Below, one piece after another: positions 7,541-16,028 of a DNA stretch of 29,227 bases. Position numbers and translations under genes: made by a program. Below the pieces are notes generated by a model. That model did no database searches, was not told where the DNA came from, and worked only from the letters and a program-made list of their open reading frames with translations. Numbering within the stretch: position 1 is the first letter of the stretch; each line of letters starts with the position of its first letter. The DNA comes from an uncultured Lachnospiraceae bacterium (GTDB taxonomy: Bacteria > Bacillota > Clostridia > Lachnospirales > Lachnospiraceae): assembly GCA_910588755.1 (NCBI GenBank), contig CAJUQZ010000022.1:3728-32954 (forward strand), in the 5' to 3' direction.

Positions 7541-9144
7541 CATTCCATTTTCGCCTTGTACTCCAGACACAGCATTGTAATATCGTCAAACTGCGGCGCT
7601 TCCCCCACGAACGCATCCAGGTCCGCTTTGATTTCCGGCAGCAGTTTTATCGGCGGCAGGGCTGCATTTTTACAGAGCACATTTTTCAGCCGCTCCATCC
7701 CATAGAGTTCATTGCCCTCATTGGCCGCCTCTGTGACGCCGTCCGTATACTGGAAAATCTTATCCCCTATTTCCAGCTGCATGGAACCGCACTGGTATTG
7801 TATATCCTCAAGCCCGGCAAGGACAAACCCTGCTTTGATCTTATAAGGTTCATACGTTTTGCCCTTTTTGCACAAAAAGGGGATCTCATGGCCCGCATTG
7901 ACAAAGCAAAACTCCCCTGTCACAAGGTCCAGCACACCCTCAAAGGCAGTGATAAACATTCCTTCTGAGTTGGATTTACACAGCAGATTGTTCACCTCTG
8001 TAAACACCTCGCCCAGATTTCTTCCCGGCTTTGTATGATCCTTAATCAGCGTCTTGCCGATCACCATAAAGAGTGCGGCGGGCACTCCTTTACCGGAAAC
8101 ATCTGCCATGACAATCGCAAGATGACTATTGTCCACCATGAAGAAATCATAAAAATCGCCGCCCACTTCCTTTGCCGGGTTCATGCTTGCATAGATATCA
8201 AATTCCTTCCTGTCCGGAAATGCCGGAAAAATTCCAGGCAGCATATCGGCCTGTATCTTCGTTGCCACGTTCAGTTCAGCGCCAATCCGCTCCCTCTCCG
8301 CTGTGATCGTCTTGATATCCGTTATGTACAGCTCTATCCTGCCGATCATGTTATTGAAAGAATCGGACAACCATTTAATCTCATTGTTGTCCTTAAATGT
8401 GACCGGCTCAAGCGTGAGGCTCCCTTTTTCATAAGAATCAATATACTTTGTCAATGCAATGATGGGGCTTGCCACACCCGTGTCGATCACCCTGACCATG
8501 ATCGCAGTAATCACAACAAGCGCTACGACAATGAAAAAGAAGATTTTCAGCACATAACTGTTGATTTCCCGCTCCACTCTGGTCAGCACATAATCGCCCT
8601 CCACCATAGCAGCAACTTCACCGTTTCTGTCAAAAACAGGCGCCCACACAGAAATAGATCTTCCAAACCCCACATCTTCGCCGTATACCACCTGCGTAGA
8701 TGCGCTTTTGGCCTTCACATCGGGCAGCAGATAGGTATATTCTGTCTCCCTGTATTCAAAGACAGAACCAAACGCAGATATATTGTCCATATCGTCCTGA
8801 TCGGTATAAGCGTCGATCACATACACGAAATGGTCTTCATAAGGCACCATGAGATACAGATAACTCAGTCCCGACGTATTTGCCTTGACGTTGTTGAACC
8901 GGGACAGCAGCGCGTCATATGCCTCATCCGTACTGCCCGTATCAACATATTGGACAATCTTATCCCCATCAATCTCATTTGCCAGCATCTTCACAATGCC
9001 AAGGGCCTTGTCATAATAAAAATTGATATAAGTATTATAAAACGCTTTGTAACTGATGCATATCAAAATAAAACTCATAACAGCAACCAATATACATATG
9101 ATGCCAATGATCTTTCTCCTCAGGCCTATTCGTTTTTTATTCAT
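7537..9144 (-). CDS. Membrane-bound PP2C (SpoIIE/RsbU-type) serine phosphatase with domain order TM, extracytoplasmic Cache-like sensor, TM, HAMP, PP2C
   Basis: The N-terminal TM segment is IIGIICILVAVMSFILICI and the second TM is IFFFIVVALVVITAIMV. PP2C motifs are EVGGDFYDFFMVDNSHLAIVMADVSGKGVPAALFM, ...VNAGHEIPFL... and QYTDGVTEA...DDITMLCLEY. The start overlaps the GNAT stop (ATGAATAA). Confidence 0.9.
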   Translation of the reverse strand: MNKKRIGLRRKIIGIICILVAVMSFILICISYKAFYNTYINFYYDKALGIVKMLANEIDGDKIVQYVDTGSTDEAYDALLSRFNNVKANTSGLSYLYLMVPYEDHFVYVIDAYTDQDDMDNISAFGSVFEYRETEYTYLLPDVKAKSASTQVVYGEDVGFGRSISVWAPVFDRNGEVAAMVEGDYVLTRVEREINSYVLKIFFFIVVALVVITAIMVRVIDTGVASPIIALTKYIDSYEKGSLTLEPVTFKDNNEIKWLSDSFNNMIGRIELYITDIKTITAERERIGAELNVATKIQADMLPGIFPAFPDRKEFDIYASMNPAKEVGGDFYDFFMVDNSHLAIVMADVSGKGVPAALFMVIGKTLIKDHTKPGRNLGEVFTEVNNLLCKSNSEGMFITAFEGVLDLVTGEFCFVNAGHEIPFLCKKGKTYEPYKIKAGFVLAGLEDIQYQCGSMQLEIGDKIFQYTDGVTEAANEGNELYGMERLKNVLCKNAALPPIKLLPEIKADLDAFVGEAPQFDDITMLCLEYKAKMEC

Positions 9145-9724
9145 AGCCGCCTCCGTTCCTGTCTCTGCCTCTTACTTCCAGAAGTTCTATCAGCGCGCCG
9201 CATCGGCAGTCATCACCGCATATGGGGCACTTGATGTTATATTTTTTTAGGTCTTTATAAAACAGGGGAATTTTTTTCTGATACACTGCTTCTCCGATTC
9301 CCCTTAACGGATTTTGGGCCGGAACGCTGCCGTCCGGATAAATCCACAGTTCCACAAGCGCAAGCGCAACTTTTTTGCTAAGAAGCGCTCTTTTCATCCG
9401 GCGGACCAGTTCTTTCGCAACCCCTTTTTTTCGGTACGCTTCCAGCACCAGAAGTCCGTCAGGCGTATACAGTTTCCTGTCTCCTGCCACTTCCCGGATC
9501 TCGTTTTCCAGTTCAGGGTGTGGATAGGTGAATCCAATCCCGCCCTGTCCCGAAAAAAATCCCACCAGCTTCCCTCCGTCACAAGCCTTCAAACCCAGGT
9601 AATCATCAGTATGAAATTCCTTCCGTATTGTGTCGCGAATGTAACCGCCTCTATTCAGGTAAGTCTCGTACAAAGCGATAATCTGATCTAAATCTTTTTC
9701 TTCTATACAGGAATATGTAACCAT
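9137..9724 (-). CDS. GNAT-family N-acetyltransferase with a C-terminal Cys cluster
   Basis: The acetyl-CoA motif A-like segment reads LLVLEAYRKKGVAKELVRRM. The C-terminal cluster reads CPICGDDCRCG. A GGAGG SD lies 9 nt upstream of the start. The gene overlaps the downstream phosphatase gene by 8 nt. Confidence 0.75.
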   Translation of the reverse strand: MVTYSCIEEKDLDQIIALYETYLNRGGYIRDTIRKEFHTDDYLGLKACDGGKLVGFFSGQGGIGFTYPHPELENEIREVAGDRKLYTPDGLLVLEAYRKKGVAKELVRRMKRALLSKKVALALVELWIYPDGSVPAQNPLRGIGEAVYQKKIPLFYKDLKKYNIKCPICGDDCRCGALIELLEVRGRDRNGGGYE

Positions 9725-9730
9725 CGCATC

Positions 9731-12634
9731 CTACCTCCTCTTTCTGTCCGCTCCCAAAAACAGGCAAACCAGTAAAAACATCAAAAGAAACAGCACAAAA
9801 ATACCAGTTCGATTCCCAAGTGTGAGCGCAGCGCCATATATAACCGGTCCAAGCGTCTGCCCGGCATTTTCAAACATGGCATAAATTCCCATCGCATTTC
9901 CCATTCCTGCCTCGGAACACTCATCCAGCCCTTCAAAATAGGTATACTGGCAAGTGTACGCAAAGGAGATCACCACAGCTAGGATAATCATGCCTGCAAA
10001 GACACTGACCGGATTCGGAAACAGGGCAAACAATGCCATGTCAAAAGCCATGCACAGACTTGCCAGAACCACGCTCTTCTTCGCCCCAAGCGTCCTCAAA
10101 AGGTATTTCGAGAGCAGCGGCCCTATATAGATCACAAGCATACCACAGCCAAGATAAATCCGCCCGATGGTGACTTCATCGACACCAAACTGTTCCACAT
10201 ACAACGGGAAGAAATATTCCCGGTAGGACAGCGACATCATAAACGGAACCAGAATCAGCGCAAAGAAAGCCATGACACGCTTTTGGAACAAAAAACGGAC
10301 AATATGCATACGCTCCTGTGTCTCTTTCTTACCGTTACCGAATTTCACATTTTGCGCCTGTATCGTAAGCAGCAGCCCCAAACCTAAGAAGATGGCACCT
10401 GCCAGATATACGATCCTGTAATCGGCAAACGCGAGAATGATCGAGCCAAGCCCTGCCCCGATCGTGACGCCGGAAAGCACTCCCGCCGAGACATCGGCAA
10501 AGGCAGACGCTACGTACTCATCATTGCCGCCCATAGACGCCATTGTGTTGGAAGTCACATACACAGTTCCCATTCCCATACCAATCAGTAGTTTCCCTGC
10601 CAGGATTCCCATATAACCGGGAACCAACAGGCAGATGATAAAACCTGCCATCTGGCCGGTAAGCCCCAGCTGCATAACTCTCTGTATGCCGAATTTCTCC
10701 GCCAGCCTGCCGCCGCACGTTGAAAATATGGCAGCCATCATCAGCTGCAGGGATATCGGAAGCGCAATGGCAAGTTCGCGCGAAATAGGGAACACGTCTG
10801 TATAGAGTCTGGAACAGAGAATCGCGATAAAGGCATCCTGCATGGAATCCGTCATATATGACAGAAAAACCATCAGCCGTATTGGCATCTGCTGTGTGAT
10901 ATCCCATTTTGCTTTCGGTATCCCCTTTCTTTTCTCAAAAAAAGAAAGGACAAAAATGCACTCCAATACCAGCATGATCATGACACCGCAGCTGCAGATG
11001 ACCGTTATGATGTTTTCTGCCACCAGTTCCCTTTTTTCCTGCACTGCCTTGTCAAGACTCGAACCCACCTCAATAAACGCAATGATGGCGCCGCTGTTGT
11101 CCCTGACAGGCAGCAGCGTAAACATCCATGAACCATAGGAACTAATCTCACTGACCGTATAGCTTTCTCCCGTCACCAGGACCTGTGTGTACTCATTGTC
11201 GCCAAACGCATAGATTGGCTGCCCGCATACCGTCGTGTCCTCATAGTCCATCAGACAGTTGATCGTTTTGCCATCTGTCGTATACAGGGCATAGTAGTAA
11301 TATGCCCCGTGGTCATAACTGGTCAATATCATTTGATCAAGCCTGTTCTTAATCTCCATATACTCCTGCGAGTGGTAATCGGACAGCCTTCCCAGTCGTT
11401 TCAGTTTCTCTGCGTCCACCTGCTGTCTGAGACTTTCCGCAAAAATCTGCATATTGTCCATAATCAGTCTGTCCTGATTGTCCATCATGGAGGAAATCGA
11501 GGAATAAGACGCGATCGCCGCCACAATTGCAGAAGAAACAACTACCAGCACAATTCTGCTAAAACCAGCTTTATCTGGTATACCCCGCACAATCTTTGTG
11601 ATGATTGTTATGACCATGACGACAGCTGCTATGCCGGCCATCATCAGCAAAATCCAGAAGTTCACCACCCTGAAATAGTTTCCGACGCCAGTGCTCTCCC
11701 ATACTGTCGGTATCATATCCGAAACATTCAGACTGATAAAGCGCTCATTATCGGTCGCGAGTATGGTTCTGCCATCTTCCGACAGACAAATTGCATAGAG
11801 TATGTTATCACTCTGACAGACGGCCTTTGTCTCACCAGGTGCAGACAGGGAAAAATGCATGATACAACCCGTCTGCAAATCTGTATAATACACCTGGCCG
11901 TCCACAGACGCAATGTTCCACGGAATCTGGTTCCCTACATAACATGGAACTTCTGACCAGTTCCCAGTCCGCAGGGAATGATAATATATTTCGCCTAACC
12001 TGGTCGTGATGACCAGCGTTTGACTTGCTGCATCATAGGCGGCATCACTGACATAAAACGCACAGGGAACTTCCGCTGACTTCTCCACCTGACAATCTTC
12101 ACCTTCCACATGAATCTTGTATATGTCTATCCTCGCATCTTCTTTCTTCAGAAAGTATACACTGCCTTCATACGCCTGCACTTCCAATATACCGCCATAC
12201 TGTAGGGGCGGATTTTCACTGAGCGCATAATCAAACTCATATATGATTTCCCGCTGATGCCCTGTGATTTTGATAATGCGCTCTTTCTGTATGCGGTTGC
12301 CCTGCTCCCCCGAGATCACGTCCGCTATGTAGATTCCGCCAGAATCATCTCCGCAGACGTGGGCGGCATAGAAAAAATCTGCCCGTTCGCTTCCTCCGGA
12401 GAGTTTTCGGATCAATTCCCCTCTGCTATTTAAGACAATAACCGTTTTTTTGCCCTGATCGATCACATACGTGCTGCCGTCGCTCCCCCGCGCAGCCTCG
12501 CCGACCGATTCGAATGTATATTCTTTTGTGAAGGGGGACTGGGACACTGCCTCGCGATTCCAGTACAAAAAAACCGCCAGGCAGACTCCCACCAGCAGAC
12601 AACCGGCAATCCTGAACCATTTTCTCTTTTCCAT
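9731..12634 (-). CDS. 967-aa fusion protein with domain order signal-anchor TM, beta-propeller-like repeats, 2 TM, Cache-like domain, MFS transporter
   Basis: The N-terminal roughly 300 aa contain about six repeats of the type STYVIDQGKKTVIVLN / GIYIADVISG / GSVYFLKKED / QTLVITTRLGEIYY / GQVYYTDLQTG / GRTILATDNE. The middle domain reads ...YYYYALYTTDGKTINCLMDYED...SYGSWMFTLLPVRDNSGAIIAFIEVG. The C-terminal roughly 400 aa are polytopic, with the MFS-like loop GGRLAEKFGIQRVM. Confidence 0.8.
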   Translation of the reverse strand: MEKRKWFRIAGCLLVGVCLAVFLYWNREAVSQSPFTKEYTFESVGEAARGSDGSTYVIDQGKKTVIVLNSRGELIRKLSGGSERADFFYAAHVCGDDSGGIYIADVISGEQGNRIQKERIIKITGHQREIIYEFDYALSENPPLQYGGILEVQAYEGSVYFLKKEDARIDIYKIHVEGEDCQVEKSAEVPCAFYVSDAAYDAASQTLVITTRLGEIYYHSLRTGNWSEVPCYVGNQIPWNIASVDGQVYYTDLQTGCIMHFSLSAPGETKAVCQSDNILYAICLSEDGRTILATDNERFISLNVSDMIPTVWESTGVGNYFRVVNFWILLMMAGIAAVVMVITIITKIVRGIPDKAGFSRIVLVVVSSAIVAAIASYSSISSMMDNQDRLIMDNMQIFAESLRQQVDAEKLKRLGRLSDYHSQEYMEIKNRLDQMILTSYDHGAYYYYALYTTDGKTINCLMDYEDTTVCGQPIYAFGDNEYTQVLVTGESYTVSEISSYGSWMFTLLPVRDNSGAIIAFIEVGSSLDKAVQEKRELVAENIITVICSCGVMIMLVLECIFVLSFFEKRKGIPKAKWDITQQMPIRLMVFLSYMTDSMQDAFIAILCSRLYTDVFPISRELAIALPISLQLMMAAIFSTCGGRLAEKFGIQRVMQLGLTGQMAGFIICLLVPGYMGILAGKLLIGMGMGTVYVTSNTMASMGGNDEYVASAFADVSAGVLSGVTIGAGLGSIILAFADYRIVYLAGAIFLGLGLLLTIQAQNVKFGNGKKETQERMHIVRFLFQKRVMAFFALILVPFMMSLSYREYFFPLYVEQFGVDEVTIGRIYLGCGMLVIYIGPLLSKYLLRTLGAKKSVVLASLCMAFDMALFALFPNPVSVFAGMIILAVVISFAYTCQYTYFEGLDECSEAGMGNAMGIYAMFENAGQTLGPVIYGAALTLGNRTGIFVLFLLMFLLVCLFLGADRKRR

Positions 12635-12666
12635 CTGATTCCCCTGTACAATGCTGCGCTAAATTC

Positions 12667-12963
12667 TTATATGATTGACAGGATATCTGCAAAACCTGTC
12701 ACCTCAAAGATTTCCATTATTGTATCATTTACATGAGCCACTTTCATGCTGCCCTGCCTGTTCATCGTCTTCTGTGCGCCCAGCAGAACACGCAGTCCCG
12801 CGGATGACAGATAATCCAGCGCCGCCATGTCAATCGTAAGCTCCGTCACGCCTTCAAGGGAATCTTTCAGCATGCCCTCAAGCTCTGGTGCCGTGCTTGT
12901 ATCAAGCCGTCCTTCTAAAGCCAGTGTTAAATTGTTTCCATTTTGTGTTTTTGTTATTTTCAT
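12667..12963 (-). CDS. STAS-domain anti-sigma-factor antagonist (SpoIIAA/RsbV-like), copy 1
   Basis: The 98-aa protein reads MKITKTQNGNNLTLALEGRLDTSTAPELE...TIDMAALDYLSSAGLRVLLGAQK...VNDTIMEIFEVTGF. The S-x-G-L phospho-serine motif is present. Confidence 0.9.
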   Translation of the reverse strand: MKITKTQNGNNLTLALEGRLDTSTAPELEGMLKDSLEGVTELTIDMAALDYLSSAGLRVLLGAQKTMNRQGSMKVAHVNDTIMEIFEVTGFADILSII

Positions 12964-12974
12964 GAATTTCTTCC

Positions 12975-13034
12975 TTTCTTATCTGCACATTTCTTATCTG
13001 CGCATTTCTTATCTGCACATTTCTTATCTGCACG
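12975..13034 (-). repeat. Four perfect or near-perfect 15-nt tandem direct repeats in the leader of the STAS gene
   Basis: The plus strand reads tttcttatctgcaca / tttcttatctgcgca / tttcttatctgcaca / tttcttatctgcacg at 12975, 12990, 13005 and 13020. On the minus strand the unit is TGTGCAGATAAGAAA. The array ends 11 nt from the STAS ATG and abuts its SD (AGGAAGAA). Confidence 0.95.
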
Positions 13035-13167
13035 TTGGCCAGCTCAATTTGCCTGTACATGATCCAGGAAAGCAAGGCTCCTCGCCAACATGACCTATTA
13101 TATTATCTATACTTTTTTTATATAATTTCCGTTACAGGAACGAATGTTTTGCGCCTTTCTGTACAGT

Positions 13168-13578
13168 CTATATCAGTTTCCTAATACGCAATATATTCTG
13201 TCCGTCCTTATACTCATAAGAAACATCATCCATCGTCCTCTTTACCATGTAGATTCCCAGACCGCCAATCTCGCGTTCTTCAGCGGAAAGCGTGATGTCA
13301 GGGTCTTCCCTGGCAAGCGGATCATACGGAATGCCATTGTCCATAAACGTTATCACAACCGCAAGCGGGTCCTTCGCCACCTCAACGCGCACTGTTGCGC
13401 TGCCAATTTCAGGATTGTAAGCATAATGGGCAATATTGCTGAAAAGTTCTTCAACCGCTATATCAACCTGCATCTGCGTCTTTATGGGACAATGATACTG
13501 CTCGAGCTGCGCATCAACAAATTCGAGCACTCCAGGTACGTTTTCAATTGTTGCCTCAACCATCCATTCTTTCATCAT
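13168..13578 (-). CDS. RsbW/SpoIIAB-type anti-sigma-factor-like serine kinase (HATPase_c_2), stand-alone
   Basis: The sequence reads MMKEWMVEATIENVPGVLEFVDAQLE..QMQVDIAVEELFSNIAHYAY (N-box), ITFMDNGIPYDP (G1) and IGGLGIYMVKR (G2). The start is ambiguous among TTG 13581, ATG 13578 and ATG 13575. The ORF-track start at 13611 is probably too far upstream. Confidence 0.85.
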   Translation of the reverse strand: MMKEWMVEATIENVPGVLEFVDAQLEQYHCPIKTQMQVDIAVEELFSNIAHYAYNPEIGSATVRVEVAKDPLAVVITFMDNGIPYDPLAREDPDITLSAEEREIGGLGIYMVKRTMDDVSYEYKDGQNILRIRKLI

Positions 13579-13707
13579 CAATCCCCCATGCCTCCAATCC
13601 CCGGGCCACATGTTTCTTGCAGGCCGTTCCCTCCTGCTTCTTTTTCATTGTCATTGTGAACTTTCCTTCCCTTTCCTTCCTAAGGAACTGTCCCTTTTTT
13701 ATTTCTA

Positions 13708-14202
13708 TTACCAAAACCTGTCGAGGGACTGTCCCCTGATACTGTACTGCATAATCTTATCCCTAAGCTCTGCGGTCCTTTTCTTATTGGTATGATCCTT
13801 GTCATAAATATCATCCAGCAAAAGTTCGACGTTCTTCTGCATGAGGTGAAAACTCTGCGCCATACTTGTCATGATATCAACAGCATTTCTCGGATAATTC
13901 ACAATAAATTTCTCCACAGAGTCCTTTGTAATCCGCATCAGCAAGACATCGTCATACGCCACAGCTGTATAGATACAGGGTTGATCAGAAAATATGTTCA
14001 ACTCCCCAAAGCACCTTGGCTTTGAATAGATTCCTACAATGTGCTCATCCTTTTCCCCATACCGCATATAGATCGCTACAGAGCCGGATAAAATCTTATA
14101 CATTGCATCACATTTTTCTCCTTCGCGCATAATCATCTCATCTGCGCTGAATTTCTGCATTGCGCTGTTTTTGTTTGCTGTATCCTGTTCCAATTCCGCC
14201 AT
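13708..14202 (-). CDS. Stand-alone cyclic-nucleotide-binding (CAP effector) domain protein with no DNA-binding domain
   Basis: The sequence reads MIMREGEKCDAMYKILSGSVAIYMRYGEKDEHIVGIYSKPRCFGELNIFSDQPCIYTAVAYDDVLLMRI, which matches the beta-roll/phosphate-binding-cassette pattern (FGE...). A GGGAGGA SD lies upstream. Confidence 0.75.
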   Translation of the reverse strand: MAELEQDTANKNSAMQKFSADEMIMREGEKCDAMYKILSGSVAIYMRYGEKDEHIVGIYSKPRCFGELNIFSDQPCIYTAVAYDDVLLMRITKDSVEKFIVNYPRNAVDIMTSMAQSFHLMQKNVELLLDDIYDKDHTNKKRTAELRDKIMQYSIRGQSLDRFW

Positions 14203-14223
14203 ATTTTTATTCCTCCCGTCTTT

Positions 14224-16020
14224 TTATATTTTTGGTGTGGTTTCGGCATTCGGTTTATTCAGGACTATGACCAGTACATTGAGTCCCATTTTGCGCGCGT
14301 AATCGACGCGGTCGGCAATGGACGAGATGATCCGAATGCCAAACTGTTGTTCTTCGCCAGTTTTGTCCGCTGTATGCAAGTAATTCCAGGGGTCAAATGC
14401 GGCCCCGTTATCACGCATACGTATCATGACGGACGCTGGTTTATCTATAATCAATACATCAAACCATTTCTTTTCTCCTGGCCTGAAAGCATGCTTCACC
14501 ACATTTCCGGCCATTTCCTCTATACACAGGGAAATCTCATTGAGCATTGTTTCATCAATATCGTGATGATGCCCTAACTTGCAGATATCAGATGCAATCC
14601 CCATAACCTCGTCCATACTGTTCCCGATGGAGATCTCCAGTCTGTCTTTGGGATTTCCTCCAAAATCTTCTTCCAAAAGCATATAGGAAGAAATCTCCGG
14701 GGAAAATTTCCTGTTCCTGTACGTGACATACAATACGACTGTAAGCAGCGTCAATATTTCCCCAAGAAGAAACGCAATCCACACGCCTGTGCTGCCCACA
14801 GGCTTAATCAGTATCAATGCAATAATCACAGTAAACACCAGATTTTCGAGTATACAGATCAGTGTGGCCAGACCTGTTTTCTTCGTACTTTGATAAAAGT
14901 TCATCAGTACATTGTTCAGCAATGCCACGGGCATTCCAACCGCAAACAGCCGTATCGCCAGCGTTGACATTTCCCTGATATCCGGCCCGGTAACGCCAAA
15001 CGCGTCTGTTAAAACCGCAGGGAATAACAGCAGTATCACCGCCGCGATGCCGCTGAGCGTCAGTCCTATTTTGAGGGTGGTTTTCAGCGTATCCTTTAGG
15101 GCTGTCCCATCCTCCTCCCCATAGAACATACCCACTACCGGAATGACTGCCTGACCGATCCCGACAACCAATGCACCCATGATATTGTTGGCCTGTGTCC
15201 GGACATTCAGCGCTGTGACCGCACCCACGCTGACTGCTGTCACCATTAGATTGTTCAGGAACATTACTTTTAAGGTATCGCTAATACGGCTGACTGCCGT
15301 GGGCGCTCCTGTAACAATGATGGAGAGAAGTTCCCTGAAAGCGCCCCTGACCGGCACCAGCTTTAAGGTGCTGTAAGATTTGATAAAATGCGAGCAGCCG
15401 ACGAAAACCGCAATATAATAGCTGACCGCTGTCGCCAGCGCCATGCCAAACATTCCTTTATGCAGTACCAGCACCATGAGCAGATCCAGCGCGATATTAC
15501 ATGCAGACATAACGATGATACATATGACCGGAAGCCTGGGCGAACCGTCAATACGGATAAACCCCATCAGCGCCGTCATCATGATCGTAGGAAGCGCACC
15601 CAAAAAATAACCGCGTAAATACTGCGTGGTCAGTTCCTTCAATACGCCCTTTGCGCCCAAAACGTCCGCAATCTGTGATGTGAGAAGCAGACCGCCCGCG
15701 GTGAGAAAAAGGCCTGCAAAAAACGCAAAAAACATGGTAATGGTAAATATACGGCAGACCTGCTCCCTGTCCCCCCTGCCCATAGCCTGCGAGGCCCTTG
15801 CTGTACCGCCTCCTGAGCAGATATTCCCAAAAGCGGAGAGGAGCAGGCTTACAGGCCCCACAACGCCCATTGCGCCCAGCGCGTCCGGACCAAGATACCT
15901 GCCGACGATAATATTATCAATCAGCATTCCTACCGTTGCTGTCAAAGCGGACAAAATAGAAACCGTCACAAAAGAATAATATAACTTCCGTACAATATAG
16001 TCATTCCTCGTGCCATTCAT
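14224..16020 (-). CDS. MATE-family efflux transporter fused to a C-terminal cytoplasmic RsbW-like HATPase domain
   Basis: The first roughly 450 aa are typical of a MATE transporter (YYSFVTVSILSALTATVGMLIDNIIVGRYLGPDALGAMGVVGP..., 12 hydrophobic segments). The C-terminal roughly 140 aa read LEISIGNSMDEVMGIASDI...ISLCIEEMAGNVVKHAF (N-box), VMIRMRDNGAAFDP (G1) and QQFGIRIISSIADRVDY (degenerate G2). Confidence 0.85.
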   Translation of the reverse strand: MNGTRNDYIVRKLYYSFVTVSILSALTATVGMLIDNIIVGRYLGPDALGAMGVVGPVSLLLSAFGNICSGGGTARASQAMGRGDREQVCRIFTITMFFAFFAGLFLTAGGLLLTSQIADVLGAKGVLKELTTQYLRGYFLGALPTIMMTALMGFIRIDGSPRLPVICIIVMSACNIALDLLMVLVLHKGMFGMALATAVSYYIAVFVGCSHFIKSYSTLKLVPVRGAFRELLSIIVTGAPTAVSRISDTLKVMFLNNLMVTAVSVGAVTALNVRTQANNIMGALVVGIGQAVIPVVGMFYGEEDGTALKDTLKTTLKIGLTLSGIAAVILLLFPAVLTDAFGVTGPDIREMSTLAIRLFAVGMPVALLNNVLMNFYQSTKKTGLATLICILENLVFTVIIALILIKPVGSTGVWIAFLLGEILTLLTVVLYVTYRNRKFSPEISSYMLLEEDFGGNPKDRLEISIGNSMDEVMGIASDICKLGHHHDIDETMLNEISLCIEEMAGNVVKHAFRPGEKKWFDVLIIDKPASVMIRMRDNGAAFDPWNYLHTADKTGEEQQFGIRIISSIADRVDYARKMGLNVLVIVLNKPNAETTPKI

Positions 16021-16028
16021 ATGTATTA

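Noticed and set aside
8035-9234. 399-aa plus-strand ORF opposite the PP2C phosphatase gene. Similar long antisense ORFs occur at 11309-11956, 13144-13659, 16215-16829, 22072-22656, 23894-24376 and 25947-26879.
   Set aside because: Each overlaps a gene on the other strand that has clear family motifs. Their products are H/R/C-rich, lack SD sequences and lack recognisable domains, which is typical of antisense shadow ORFs.
12975-13034. CRISPR-like reading of the 15-nt tandem repeats
   Set aside because: The repeats are directly adjacent with no spacers, the units are far too short, and no cas genes are present. It is a simple tandem repeat.
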